Assembly (NCBI GenBank): GCA_043228905.1
Contig: JBHGNT010000004.1
Location: 21,080,001 to 21,144,000 of the forward strand
Reading direction: 5' to 3'
DNA from: Azolla caroliniana
Lineage: Eukaryota; Plantae; Polypodiophyta
DNA length: 64,000 nucleotides
The notes under the pieces were generated by a model that ran no database searches, was not told where the DNA came from, and was given only the letters and a program-made list of their open reading frames with translations. Below, piece by piece: positions 33,308 to 46,263 of the stretch. The position numbers and the translations under genes were made by a program. The stretch's first letter is position 1, and every line of letters starts with the position of its first letter.

Positions 33308-34514
33308 GTCGAGTCCAATGATATCGTAGAGGTGGAGAGGTTGAGGAAAATCTTTAACACCTTCTCAACGTTGTATGATTGGGGTGTTATCAACATTTGT
33401 TTATTAGAGAAATATCATTGGTAGATTGGGTTCACCAACAACTTGACATCATGGTCGGCGACAATAAATTTTGAGATGTATACAAAGGACTCATGGGTTT
33501 TTTGGAAGTTGTTTCATATCGGAAGAACATGGATATAGAAATTTTCCAATGTACAAAATGAAGATATGGTGTCATTTTGGTGTCAATTGTGTCTAAGATA
33601 TTATGTGTAGTTTAGAGAAAGCCAAAGTGGCCCCAAACTCCAACCATGCAACTAATAGAGGTATCACGTGTTATGGAATGGATACTTGTGACCATTATGG
33701 CTTAATATAAAAACAAAGTAGATGAGGTAGTTTCAATGCCAATTGCATTAGGTGTCTTTTGTGGGTGATAATATGGGCCACTTTATGGTAGAATGCCACA
33801 AACATTGAAGTGGGGGTCCCTCGTGCCCCTCCTGACAACATGCCAATTGTACGAGAATGTAGTAAATAGAAGAGTATACAAAAATCAACAAATAATGGTT
33901 GTTGCAGAATAAAAATAAACATGTGTTTATTCAAATGAGAAATATGTAAGGAAAGAGGATGAGGCTTGGAGGAAAACCTATGCCCATTCAAAATATGCGA
34001 GAAACCCAAGAAAAGATGGCGAGAGTTCTTTCAATAATATTTTTCAAACCCCCTGACCGTGAGTTTCAAAAGGGAAATCAAGATCATAATTAGAATTTCA
34101 TGTTGAGTATATCCCATGAAATTAATTTTCATAACTCAAATTTGGCAAGAACGCTAAAATCGTTAACACAATGTAGAAGCAATCGTGGAAATTAAATTGT
34201 TCACACATTACCATGGCATTAGTGGTTGATGAAATGATGTGGCATGCAAATTGTTGTGGAGGAATACACCATTATTTTGGGGATATACTAGACATATTTG
34301 CAGAGTAAGAGCATGCTCACTAACAAGTGACTTATAAGTATAGTTGCATGGAACGTAAGAGAAGCTTGTCAGTATTTATTTTGTAAATGATATTCTATTT
34401 ACTAAGCTTCAGTTATGCTTAAATAAATTTTCTTTGTCTTGAGAGATTGAAATTTTTATTCCAAAATCTTAATATCTATTTCTGAAGTGCTCTAATCTAC
34501 CTTCATATATATAC

Positions 34515-34517
<3 letters not shown>

Positions 34518-34554
<37 letters not shown>
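34518..34554. repeat. (GT)n microsatellite
   Basis: Perfect GT dinucleotide run. Confidence 0.95.
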
Positions 34555-34556
<2 letters not shown>

Positions 34557-36065
34557 TAATGGTGCCCTAGAGGAGATGTTTGCAACTTGTTCGTAACAAA
34601 AGTTCTAAAATATGACACATGGAGTTAGATTGCTAGAATGGATCATGTTTGTACCTTACAAAATGCCCAATTTAGATCAAAGTGGAGTTAATGGGATTGC
34701 AAATATGTAATCTATGATGACAATCTTGCATGAAATGTTGACGATGCATGTATGTTGGGGACATGTGTCATTTGGTCTCACTTATGATTGTCTTGGTTTT
34801 GGAGATTTTTGTACTTTAGTCAAGGAACAAATCCTCACATTTAATAAATTTGCTATTTGAAATTGATCATTTTCTTCAAGTTATGAGATAATGATTGGTA
34901 GGCTAGTTTACAAGGGAAGTTAGGGTTCAAGATGTTCCTTCATGGGAAATTTGTCTATCTAATAATCAACAGCCATCATGGGATATTTGTATATCAATTT
35001 TCATGCATTGATATACAATGAAAGGTATTGGTTATTAAACATAATGCAATGTGTTGTTGGTGTACCTCCCATATATCAATTACGAACTAGATTATCATAT
35101 TTGTCAATCCCATAAAAAAATTCATTCGTTACGTGCCTCCCACGCTAAATTGAACATGACCCACCCCACAGTTGATGATAATATGGGCACCAATCGCCAA
35201 GTTACTGATAATTGTAATCGACATTTGACAAACCTTTTAGCTCCTTAACACTAACTAATTTCAAAGATGAGACAAGCATTGGTCAATATCATTTGCACCA
35301 ATCCAAGAGAAGATTGCGCATCCAAGTGGTGAGACCTTGGAAGAAGATACAAATGAAAAAGACACAAGAGTGTCCTTTCCCATATTTCTAGTGATAAAAG
35401 ACAATGTTGGGATGGAATTACAAATAAAAAATGCAAAGCTTCCCATGAACAACTTAAAGGTTCCTGATATTGCTTCAAGAAATTCCCAGATTTGATAAGG
35501 TGCCCTATCCGTAGAAAGTTGGTTTCATTAATCTTCTACAAAAAGTTGCCTCTTCTCGTGTCCTTTGGTAAGTGGAGACCAATATCCTTATTGGGTGCAT
35601 CCTATAATATATTGTCATAATAAATCTTCTACCAATAGTTACTTCTCTCATGTACTTTGGGGGGAGACCAAATGAGGGTCCTAGACTTATATTGGCATGT
35701 TGCCAATAATGCGTGGATATTTAAATGTTAAAAATATGTTATGGTTCAACACTCATTGCTATCATGGCAATTAATTTTGAGATATGAGATTGGCTGTAAC
35801 CACCATAGTATATAATGTATATTCAAAACAGTAATGCTTGAACAACAAAGGTGCTTACTTCCTTCGTCATTATACACGTTAGGATAAAAAAGAAAATGTC
35901 TAGAGTCTAGATTCGGGTTTAGGGCTAGAGAATCTAAAAAAACTATGCAACAAATATAAGGAAAGCTAGTTCGGTGGAATGGTAATAAAAACGAATATAC
36001 AATTATGACGATTGGGAACCGCGATATAAGTGTGGCTTAATGTCCAATACAATTCTTTCGCATTA

Positions 36066-36125
36066 GGGATATTGAACCCTATAACCTAATGCTACACTAG
36101 GTTATTAATTAAACCACTTGAGCTA
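36066..36125 (-). mobile_element. tRNA-derived SINE head / tRNA-like remnant
   Basis: Minus strand TAGCTCAAGTGG (A-box) ... AACCTAGTG-TAG-CATTAGGTT hairpin ... GGTTCAATATCCC (B-box-like). Confidence 0.45.
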
Positions 36126-36844
36126 TAAAATAAATAAATGAATGATATTAGGTACCTGCAATTGCGACAAAATGAGCCATAGTGTTATTGCGACAAAATG
36201 AGTCATAATGTTATCGTGACAAAATGAAGTGTTATCAACTATCTCCTAATGAGGATAAGCACATGAGAGAGAGAGAGAGAGAGAATATTATCACTTGCCA
36301 ATAAGCCATAAGCCATAAGCCATAGTGTGGGGATGGCAACAATACCTAAGTGCTTGACAATGATACAAAAGTAAGCTGGGGAGGGGGGGGGGGGGGGAGG
36401 GAAACACACCTTATTAGATCGAGCCGAGAAATAATAAGTAAAATTGAGCAAAGGGACGGGACTGGGGAGAGGGGAGAGTAAGTGGGCATGATGTACCCTG
36501 GGCACTAAGTAAGTACATATTGGTGGTATAACTATAAGTCATCTTAAGGACTAAATAAAGTAGACACAACAAATTCATGATAACATGTAAGAAGGAGGAA
36601 CCCCAAAGAAAAGGAAGGCATTGTCATGATGGTCCTAATGAAAGGAGGCTTTCACAACAAGGGTATGTTAATAAGTATCTATCCTAAAGGTTTAATTGTA
36701 AGTGTAGTAGTATACCTATACTACCTATTCTAATTACTAATACATGAGTAATGGTGAGGAGGGTATGGTAGAGAATAGAGATTTAGGGCAATTGTGAGTA
36801 GCAAGCACAATTTAGGGTTGAAGATGAATGTGTGTGTGTGATGG

Positions 36845-38197
36845 CTAAGAGGAGGTGGACAAGGAGAGGGCGGGGCCCCCGATGTTGTCTTCGAGGCGGC
36901 GGCGCCTCTTTGCGGCATGTACAGCTGGCAGTATCGGGGTCGGGGGGAGTGGTACGGGGCTGTAGCATCTAGGGCAGGTTGGGCTGCTCTTCCTCAACAA
37001 CACATACATAAGGCACTTGGGACACACCGCGGTCGCCATAGTCATGGTCATGGTGGTCGGCTCGCTAATTCTAGCCGGATCGTGCCGGGCCGGACCCAAT
37101 GTCGGGGTCGGCTCCCGCATCATCATCTGTACCGGCCATTGCCAATCTTGGAGCTTCCCGCAGAACTCATCCCGATCCTCGAGAGATGATACTGTGCCCC
37201 CTCGATTCGATGATATGGTAGCTGCACAGGGCCGATTCGTTAACTTCAGGTCCAAATCTAGCCCATTCTCGTAGATACCACCGTTCTTCCGAGTCGATGT
37301 TGCTGATGATGGAGGCGAGATCGGTGGAGACTGAGCATCCTCTGCTTGAGGAGTCAGAGCAAGGACTATGGCTGCTGCTGCTGCTGCTGATGCAGAAGAA
37401 GAAGAAGAAGAAGAAGAAGAAGAAGAAGAAGAAGAAGAAGAAGAAGAAGATGATGATGATGATGATGATGTGGTGCTAGTGTTGGCATCATTAATCCTAT
37501 GAATCCCACTGTCATTAACATTGGTTTGCTTTCTGAGAGTATTAATTTGGGAGACTGGCTTCTTCTTAATGAAGACCTCACCAGACTGCAAAAACAAAAG
37601 AAAAAACACAGGAAGCAATTTAATGCAATTTCATATATGTGTGTGTGAATGTCTGCATGAGTTATGGAAAAATCAGAGGGTGAGTGAGCTTCATGGTAAT
37701 GGCAATGGCAAATTGGTAGTGGCAATGCTAATGGTAAATTGGTAATGGTAATGGTAATGGTATGTATGTATGTATGTATGTATGTATGTATGTATGTATG
37801 TATGTTTTACCTTGAGGTCCAGGCATCTTTCCCAGCCTGGAGGAAGGGGTCTTTCAGATATGTGCTTGTTGTCCAGCTCCTTGACGAGGAGAGCATTCCC
37901 TTTGGCACTGGTAGCTATGGAGGAGGCGCCCATCATGAGCTGCTGAACCCGGGAGGGGTCTTCAGTCCAGGCACCTCCACCTCCACCGCCATTACAGTTG
38001 GAAGGCGGCAGAAACCGCATGGGGGCGGGAGGGGCCGGCGGAGGCGGGGCCAAAGAGGAGGAATCTTTATCTTTGCAGGGAGGAGCAGGAGGAGCAGGAG
38101 AAGAAGAAGAAGAAGAAGAAGAGAGGGTAGGAAGGGGCAAGAATTGATGCTCTGTGATGGTGGTGGTGGCGATGGCGGGAGGGGGCGAAGGTTTCAT
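36845..38197 (-). CDS. CFL1: CURLY FLAG LEAF1-like WW-domain protein with EAR motif and C-terminal CxxC..CxxC zinc ribbon (375 aa, 2 exons)
   Basis: Exon 1 38197-37811, GT-AG phase-0 intron 37810-37586, exon 2 37585-36845. PLPPGWERCLDLK|SGEVF (WW-like), LDLDLKL (EAR), MATAVCPKCLMYVLLRKSSPTCPRC. Confidence 0.85.
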
Positions 38198-38343
38198 GGC
38201 GGATCAAACACAGTAACAGGAACAGGAACAGGAAGAAGAAGAAGAAGAAGAAGAAGAAGTGGAAGAAGAAAGAAGAAAGAGGATGGGAGAAAGGGAACAA
38301 TAATTATTAGATCAGAAGCCCCCCGGGGGGGGGGGGGTGGAAT

Positions 38344-38421
38344 GCCATGTCATCATCAGATGCCACGTCAACTGGGGCCACGTCATGTAGGCGCCACGCC
38401 ACGTCAACTGCGGCCACGTCA
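38344..38421. promoter_or_regulatory. cluster of GCCACGTCA (hex/G-C hybrid box, bZIP sites) upstream of the CFL1-like gene
   Basis: GCCACGTCA at 38362, 38377, 38398, 38413 plus GCCATGTCA at 38344, ~150-225 bp upstream of the ATG. Confidence 0.6.
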
Positions 38422-40720
38422 TCCTGGGCCTTGGAGAATAATAAGTTAAAAGGGAGAGGTGGGCACTTTGGGGAGGGGGGGCATGGTTTTTGTGCTTCCC
38501 CAAAACCTTCATTCAGCATTTAATTTGTTCTTTCTTTCTTCTTAAGTTCTTCTTCATGTGTATGTGTATGTGTGTGTGTGTGTTATTAATTCCTTTGTGT
38601 TGTTCTGTTTCCTTGTTATGGTTTTTGTTTGCTTCACACACGCATCCCTCGTCTCTCGCAAGCAAACCCCCCCCCCCAACCCACACACACACACACAAGC
38701 CTCAAAAGAAGAGGAAGAATAAATCAATCAATCCATCCATCCACATGGCCTTGCGTTGCCTTTTTTTTTCTTTCTCGGCCTTATTCATTTCTCTATGTGG
38801 CCGCTCTCGCCCACTTGTCCAAAAACCTTATCCTCATTGTTCCCATGTTCATTCATTCACTCACTCACTCATTCATCCCATCCATTCGTTCATTCATTTG
38901 TCGTCTGCTCGTTCATAGTATGTGTCCTTGTCGACAAGATTTCTTCTTTTGGGGGTTGTCTTTGTTTCTGACCTCATCCTCAATGCTCTCTCAAACACAA
39001 AAAGCCCCCTCCCCCTTCCCTCCATTTTGCATTTCTTTTACTTCCATTTAATGCTTTCCATAGAAACGTGAACTCTGTGTGCACACATGTTTTGCCTTCG
39101 ACTAACTTGGGTTCTCATTTCGATCCTTATGACTTCCGTACATCCCTTCTTTTTCTTTTTAACTCCCCCCTCGCTATGGATATCGGCACCTAGTTAATAA
39201 TAAGTGTACTTGCAGTAAGAATGATAATAATAATAATAATATTATTATCATCAGAGGAGGAGGAAGACACCAAGCCAATCTTGTAACTGTAGTATGTACC
39301 CCTCGTCGCCATTACAAAAAATGAAAAATATCGTCGCAAAAGCTAAATGGTTCATTTTTACTACATTCTTGCATGTTTCTCCTCTCATGACAATAATGCA
39401 AACAAATTCACCATGGGTCATAGGGGCATTGTTTTCTGGGTCAATGTTTTAAAAATACACCTTCGGATAAGGAGCAATATTGACGCTACCCCCTTGTAAT
39501 TTTAAATTTATTACCATATACCACATTGAATAGTAAATATCTCGACCCTACACCCCTCCTCCCCACCTCTTCTACAAAGAACTAAGAGTTTCATATATAT
39601 TAACGTCTAATCATTGTTTGCTAATATTTGTTGATGAACAAACGCCAACTGCTCGTAGTGTTACATGAGCATTATCAAAATTGATATTCAACATTACTAT
39701 TACATAATATGCATATTTACGAGCATCAAACTCCGCATAGAAGATTACTACCTTATTATGAGAACAAATAATCAATGAGCACAAACATGATTCCTAAGAA
39801 TGATTACTCATTGATTTCAAGTCTCATCACAATAAGCATTAGCATCTCATTAGTTATGAATGTGAGTAATGGTGTATTTGTGTATGAGTAATTGTTGCTT
39901 ACTGGCATGAATATTAACCTATCACAACATGATTAACTGTTTTTCATTAAAATAGATTTTCCTAGGACAATTATTGAACACGGGCCAATCTCTGCACACA
40001 ATTTATTGCATTCACTTGATGCTTCCTCCAAGGATCTGTCTAGCGTAAGAATACGATAATCGAAGAAAAACTTATTGCAATGAAAAGGGTAAACATGATA
40101 TTTTAACCGTTTCCTTTGGGTGAAAGCTAAATACATGTTTTTTAACCATTACTTTTTTATTATGGGTACATACTTTTATGCTTTAAACTACAAGGGGTGG
40201 AGTTGATGTTGCCCTATGTTGCCCTTTACACGAGGGACACCTACCATCTAGTTCTCTGACAAATTCTGAAACATTGGGAACATTGGATATACTACACATG
40301 CTTATGTTATGTGTGTGTAGGTGCACGCGTGTGCGTGTGTGTATGCATACTCCATTTGTCTACTTAGATTGTAACTTCTAGTAGTACTAGATGCAATTGA
40401 GGATTATCCTTACATCCTTTAACAAATTTCAATTAACAAATCATTATCATTATCATTTTTTCTTTTTTAACAAAACTACACCATATTTTCCATTATCAAT
40501 CCAATAAGCATATAATGATACAATCTAGTGGAGGGTAAGATAAAGAGAGAAAAGGTATTTCCCCCTCTATGTCATAATTGAAACCAAACTCCACCTATGG
40601 AGGAAACAACCATCGAGGGGGTACATATCATTTCTTTGCTACTAACAAAGATGAATTCATGTGGTTATGTTTATATTGAAGAACCTTGTCGCTTCTACTT
40701 TGTATTGGTACTCTACTGTT

Positions 40721-40946
40721 TACATAATTTGAATAGATGGTTATGAAATCTTTATTACATGTGGATATGTGCAAACGAATATTACATACACGAGCATGGC
40801 ATGCTTTGTTTATATTAGAGAACTTTACCACTATTCTCTTACGCCAATATTCCATACTATATCTACATAAATTGAATAGATGGTTATGAAATTTTGATTA
40901 CACGTGGATATGTGCAAATGAATATTATACACACGCATGACATGCT
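40721..40946. repeat. direct repeat (~85 bp, period ~143 bp)
   Basis: tacataa.ttgaatagatggttatgaaat...gtggatatgtgcaaa.gaatatta at 40721 and 40864. Confidence 0.8.
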
Positions 40947-42685
40947 AGGTATGAATAGACCAAGATATCATATGCATTGAGTATCAATACATATGGTAAC
41001 TGTAAGCCATTTCTTCTTTCCACCGCAAAATCTAAGAAAACAATTGCAATATGATCTACATATTTTTTGTACTTCCCACCGCCATAGCTTTTCTATGTAA
41101 AGTATGTGCAATAAACGAGCATGCAATGATTTCACACACTACATTTGGCCAAACATGCATACACATGTCCATACATTGATTGCAATAAACTCACATGTGT
41201 GAAGTTAGTTTATATGTTTATTCCTTGTTTTCTCATTTCGAAAACTTCAAAAGTTGAGTAGGTTATTTGTAAAGCCTTAATTGCAATTGACATTGTATTG
41301 TCACATCTTTTGTATAACAATAATAATTTCGTTTATGATATTCTTTAAAGAATCGGAATCTTTACTATTCGTCTCTACTTCTCCCAACTTTTGGACCTTT
41401 TTAGGGGCATCTTCTAGTTCTTGAGACAGTGTGGAATGCAATTGACCAACATGAAGCTTCCTTCTCAGACAAAATAAATCTTAATTTCCTACAATTTCAA
41501 ATCTAAGAAAAAAAAACATTATGTACTTGTCCAAAAACTTAAACACACGTCATTTTTCCGTTGAGTTCTAAAAAATTGAAGACCTCCTTCAATATGTTTC
41601 GCCGTGTAAGTTCCTTGCACAAAACAATGTTTCAATAACACCTTCGACTTATGTCGCCAAGAGTGAAGAATGATGTTTTTTCTTGGCATCTATTTCAACC
41701 CTCTAACTTCAAATTTATTGTTAATATTCTCATTCTCATTCTCATTCTCATTGCTTCAATGCAAATGATTGTTTATTCAAGGGACCATCTTCCAATTCCT
41801 TTGTTGTAACTTTGTGTGGCAACTTCAACAAAGATGATGGAAGGTGGATACCATCAATAAGTATAGCCCTCGCTCTAGTTTTATTATGGAAAAGAAAAAG
41901 GAAGATGTAAGATTAAAATAAGTTTGTAAAACCATTCCAAGGACGTGTTTACATATTGAGGTTCAAAAGCATAACTTCGGTAGATAGAAGGGGATGGGCT
42001 AGTCAAATCTGCCAAGCCAACAATACTTTGTCCAAAATAATGAAAAGGTTCTCACCTAACATGTGCTCCAATTCATAGAACTAAATTTGAAGAGTCATTC
42101 ATCCTCACAGACAACAAGTGGTGTCTGAATCAAAATATTAGCTGTAAACTTCTTTTAGATTTTTTAATGCAAAATGTATATAATTTGAATAGACTCTATT
42201 GGCAATATATGGATAACCTAATGGCTCGTTTGATGGATTCTTTTCATACTTTGGGATAAATGTCTATAATCGAAATCATATAAAGCTTCTGGAGGCGAGA
42301 ATAATAACTTGTACGATTTGCATTATAGTAAACCTTCTAAAAAATGGAAATAGGTGGTGCTATAACCATCATATTCATTCAATAATCCTCAATAGACTTT
42401 ACTAAATACCAAAACTAGTGAAAGTTATCCTTGTAGGATATTTAATGATATTCAAAGGGAGGTATTCGACCCACTTGTATGTGTCTCACAAAGTGTTTGT
42501 TTATTATCTTTTTAATAGCAAGGAGTAGTGTCATTATGTTTTTAGTTATTTTATAGTCACAAAGTGACATGGATTTTCTTGGTAATGGGCATGATACTAA
42601 CATTGTGGAATGCATTACATGTGTCCTAGGAAAATCCTCTCTTATTTGTAAATGAAGGATTTGTTCACTACTTCACAAGGTATTG

Positions 42686-43461
42686 TTTTTTTTTAAAATA
42701 AAATAAATTAGGGCAACAAAGAACTCATACACGAAAACATAACCATCATACCCTTATCAACCAACATGTTAAATAGCAAACACCCTCACACATCGACCTT
42801 AGCAATTGCATTTACACATCCAAAAGGAGGGTCCTTCCAAGACAGGGAGTGGAAAAGCGATCTTGGTGGAGCATATCTCCACTTTATTCTCTTCCCAAAA
42901 GAAGTGAAGATCTTTGCCTTTTTCTACATTTCTCTAAAATGTTGTTGTTTACGAAACACAACACAGGCTCACTAGTTATTGCCTCATATTGACCTCTTAG
43001 AGTACGCAGAAACATCAACCATATATCCTTGACTTTCTTAAATACATATTTACATCTTGCCTTCCACGATACCCAAACTACTAAAGAAGATATCATAGAA
43101 CAAACCTTGTCCTCCACCAAACAACGGATTGTTGTAGTACAAGAGACATCCAATATTGGTCTTCCATCGGAGAGGAGAAGAAAATCCACATACTCCTTTT
43201 CATAATTTTGTATTTCTTCAACTAGCCTTCCCCATCTCACAAAACCCCACGTATACACATGTTTACCATAAACAGAATACACAATTCACAACATTCTTTT
43301 CCAAATTGCTCTAGCAATAGGACATACCCATAAGACATGGTGAACCGATTCAATGGGAAAACCACAACTATCATATTTTAAATCATGGCGATTCTCCCCC
43401 ATGCACGACTTCATAAGAATAATAATGTACCAACAACCATCTTGTTTCCCGGTGGGACAAG
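42686..43461 (-). mobile_element. LINE 3' remnant (zf-RVT/C-terminal region), cut by the LTR at 43462
   Basis: Minus-strand peptide SSLVVWVSWKARCKYVF; T-run (poly-A tail) at 42686-42694. Confidence 0.65.
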
Positions 43462-44391
43462 TGTGAAACGAACCAAAGGGAGCCGAACACTAACAGGCGA
43501 ACAAGCGAAGCTGAATATCAAGGAAAGAACGGATGGAAAGCGCCAAGCAGAATAGACTATATATATCGAGTTCTAGAGAACACAGAAAAAAGGGGGAAAT
43601 CTAGAGGACTACGATAGGAATAGACCAATAGAGAGTGAATGAGTGTTTACCGAATATACTTGGTACTTGTATCTATAAGCTACACTTCAATCCAATGTAT
43701 ACATATACTTTGTGGATAATCTCGGTGTTCTGTCTCGTCTATATTCATCTATATCTATTTTCATATATAATTTCAGCCTGTATAAAGGATGTATTGCAGG
43801 ATCAGTTGTAGCCGATCCCGTATCTTATCCTTCTTATTCTCCACGCTAGTAATCTCTCCCTAGTGGGGCCGTCCGAACAACAATCACGAGCCTAGAAAGC
43901 CATATACCTCATAACAACTCGGGTAACGATCTCGGTAGGACGCCGTGACCCCAACTCTCCCTCGTACGATAATGCCTTGACATGATTACTCAGGAAGGGT
44001 AATCGAAGGTGTTTCTCCATGAGGGAGCAACACAATTTGGCACACCTGGTTCACGTTGTGAGTCCACAACGAACACGCGTAGGAGAAAGATCCGGTCGCC
44101 GTAACGATGAGTACTAAAGGAATATGCACTCGGACAACATCCCGACGTGTTGAACAAGAAGAGAGCATCATCGACTCTGCTCTCATGGAGCAATCACCAC
44201 CTCTGGAATTGGACGCCCAATCGGCCGCAGTTCTTGATCTTGCCTCGACTAGTGGTAACACCTTTGAGGTCGACCAACTCGACGACAACCCCTTTGTGGT
44301 GGTACATGAGGATTCCAACATCGATACAATGCCTTACCCCTACCCTAGATACACCGATGGAGCCGATGCGGAAGCGCATGTTTGCGCTTTC
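43462..44391 (+). mobile_element. 5' end of a non-chromovirus gypsy element: LTR 43462-44034, PBS 44038-44050, gag start 44107
   Basis: TGTG...CACA termini; PBS-like TGGCACACCTGGT (Tat-type tRNA-Arg-like); gag N-terminus YPYPRYTDGADAEAHV. Confidence 0.6.
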
Positions 44392-46263
44392 ATATCTGTG
44401 TGCACGAGCTTGAGGGGATTTCGTATCGTCTCATAATGGAGAGTGTGCGGACTTCGGCTATGTTTCTCGTATTGACAATGCTCGCAGAAGTTCGTCTTTG
44501 CTTGGAGTTTAGGGATGTAGCTGACTGCCATAAGCCGATCAAGTCCGATTTGAGACATATGGCCAAGTCTGCCATGCCATAGGTTTGGATCGGTCTTTTT
44601 GGCTATGTTCACGAGCTCTTTTGGATTGATCACCATCATTGGGTACAAGTTATTGTACTTGTGCCCGCCTCCTATCTTCAGGTTTCCTCGGTTGATCATC
44701 CATACCGACTCACTTAGAGTCGTTTTGTACCTGTCTTCGACTAGCATGCCGATGGAGATCAAACTCCTTTTCAAATCAGGTATGTGCCGAAACTCGGTGG
44801 AGGGTGATCAGATGGGAATCTCTCCGGTCCCTTCCTAGTCGGACTGTGCCACTGGCGTCGGCTGAATAGTTCGAAAACCATTCAATGTTGGGGGTCACGT
44901 GGAATGTGGCACTGGAATCTAATAGCCACGTGTGTGCATCCTGTGCAATGTCGAGGACTTCTCTGATCATCGAGTCTTTTAAAGAAAGGATCTCTCTTGA
45001 TCGGGTGTCGACAACGTTGATTTGGTTGCCTACTGGAGAGTGGTCTGAGTCGGGTCGTCCTCGATTTTGCTCGGATCACCGACCACTCTCTTTCCTCTTG
45101 ATCGACCAACAGCCGGAAACATTGTGGCCAGCTTTTTTGCAGTGTGTGTAGAATTCATTTGATCGGCCCATTCTCGAGTTCGACCACTATCGGTCTCCCC
45201 TCGGTTTTTGATTGGTTGGTATTCTGACTGATTCTGTTGGCTTGTTCTCTCGTTCCACTATGTTGATCAAATAACTCCGTCGAGTGATGGGCTTCTCCCG
45301 ATTCATCAATGGTGAGTCCCATCGATTTTCGCCAAATGTCCTCGGTGAGGACTTGGCCGATTGTCTCATCCAGATTTAGGATTGGTTGGCTATTGGCATA
45401 TGTCGTGCAAAATACCTCCCAACTTGCCGACAAGCTCGATAGGAGGGCAAGGGCTTTCACTTCTTCTTCGAAGATGATCCCTTGTGAGGAGAGTTCTAAC
45501 AACACCCGGTTGAAGGTGTTGATGTGAGAGGTAACCGGATCAGTCTCTCTCATCTTCATGTTGAACAATTGTTTGATCAAGATCAGTTTTGAAGATGAGG
45601 ACTTTTCTCGTACACGGCTTGTAGCTTCTCCCATAATGAGAACGATGTTGTCTCTTTTGCCATGCTAAAGTAGACGTTTTCAGCTAGGTGCATTCGAATG
45701 GTGGAGCGTGTGATTTCATCCATTGATCTCCACTCATCGGCTGACATTGAAGCAGGCTTTTCGGAGTGTCGAATGGCCTCGATTTGCCTTTGAATAATCA
45801 GTACATCCCACATCATCTCCTTCCATAGGGCAAAGTTTTTGCCGTCGAAATTTTGGATCTCAACGCCTGTACCGAATGTTGATGCCATGATTCTTTCGGA
45901 AGTGAGATTTACTAACCTAGTCTTTTCTTTCAGCCTTTTCTGTTGTCTGTTGCCGCCGAGCAACGGATGGCTTTGATACCAGTTGAAACGTAAGTGTATG
46001 CGGAAACGTATGAGGATCTACCTTAGTTCGTACTTAGAAAACAACACAGAAAGAGAAGCAAAGATATACACAAATTGAAGCTTTAATGGAAGCTCTATTA
46101 CATTCTCTGTCTTTGTCTCTCTCTCAGAGACTCGATATACAATATATGATCAAGAAGATTATTCTTTACAACGTTAGGTTATTGCTTATATACTAAGCTC
46201 TAACTATGTGGACTAGTTCACACTAGGATACAAAGTGGAAGGAGTCAGCCTTTTATGCCAACA
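44392..46263 (-). mobile_element. Ty1/copia (Tork/Tnt1-like) 5' half: LTR 45984-46263, PBS 45970-45981, gag from 45888, protease, integrase N-terminus; degenerate
   Basis: PBS rc of gctttgatacca (tRNA-iMet); FDGKNFALWKEMM, KALALLSSL..SW, WLLDSSATFHVT, LWHGRLGHMS, CEHC, PLKLVHTD; LTR end abuts the RT of the flanking gypsy. Confidence 0.9.

Larger units (their letters stand above)
29105..33900. repeat. copy B of the tandem duplication, enlarged by a LINE and a solo LTR
   Basis: Starts tgcattgataaagatgatatg (cf. 26174), ends aataatggttg (cf. 29036). Confidence 0.85.

Noticed and set aside
37739-38449. 236-aa plus-strand ORF
   Set aside because: Antisense shadow of the GC-rich CFL1-like exon and its microsatellites
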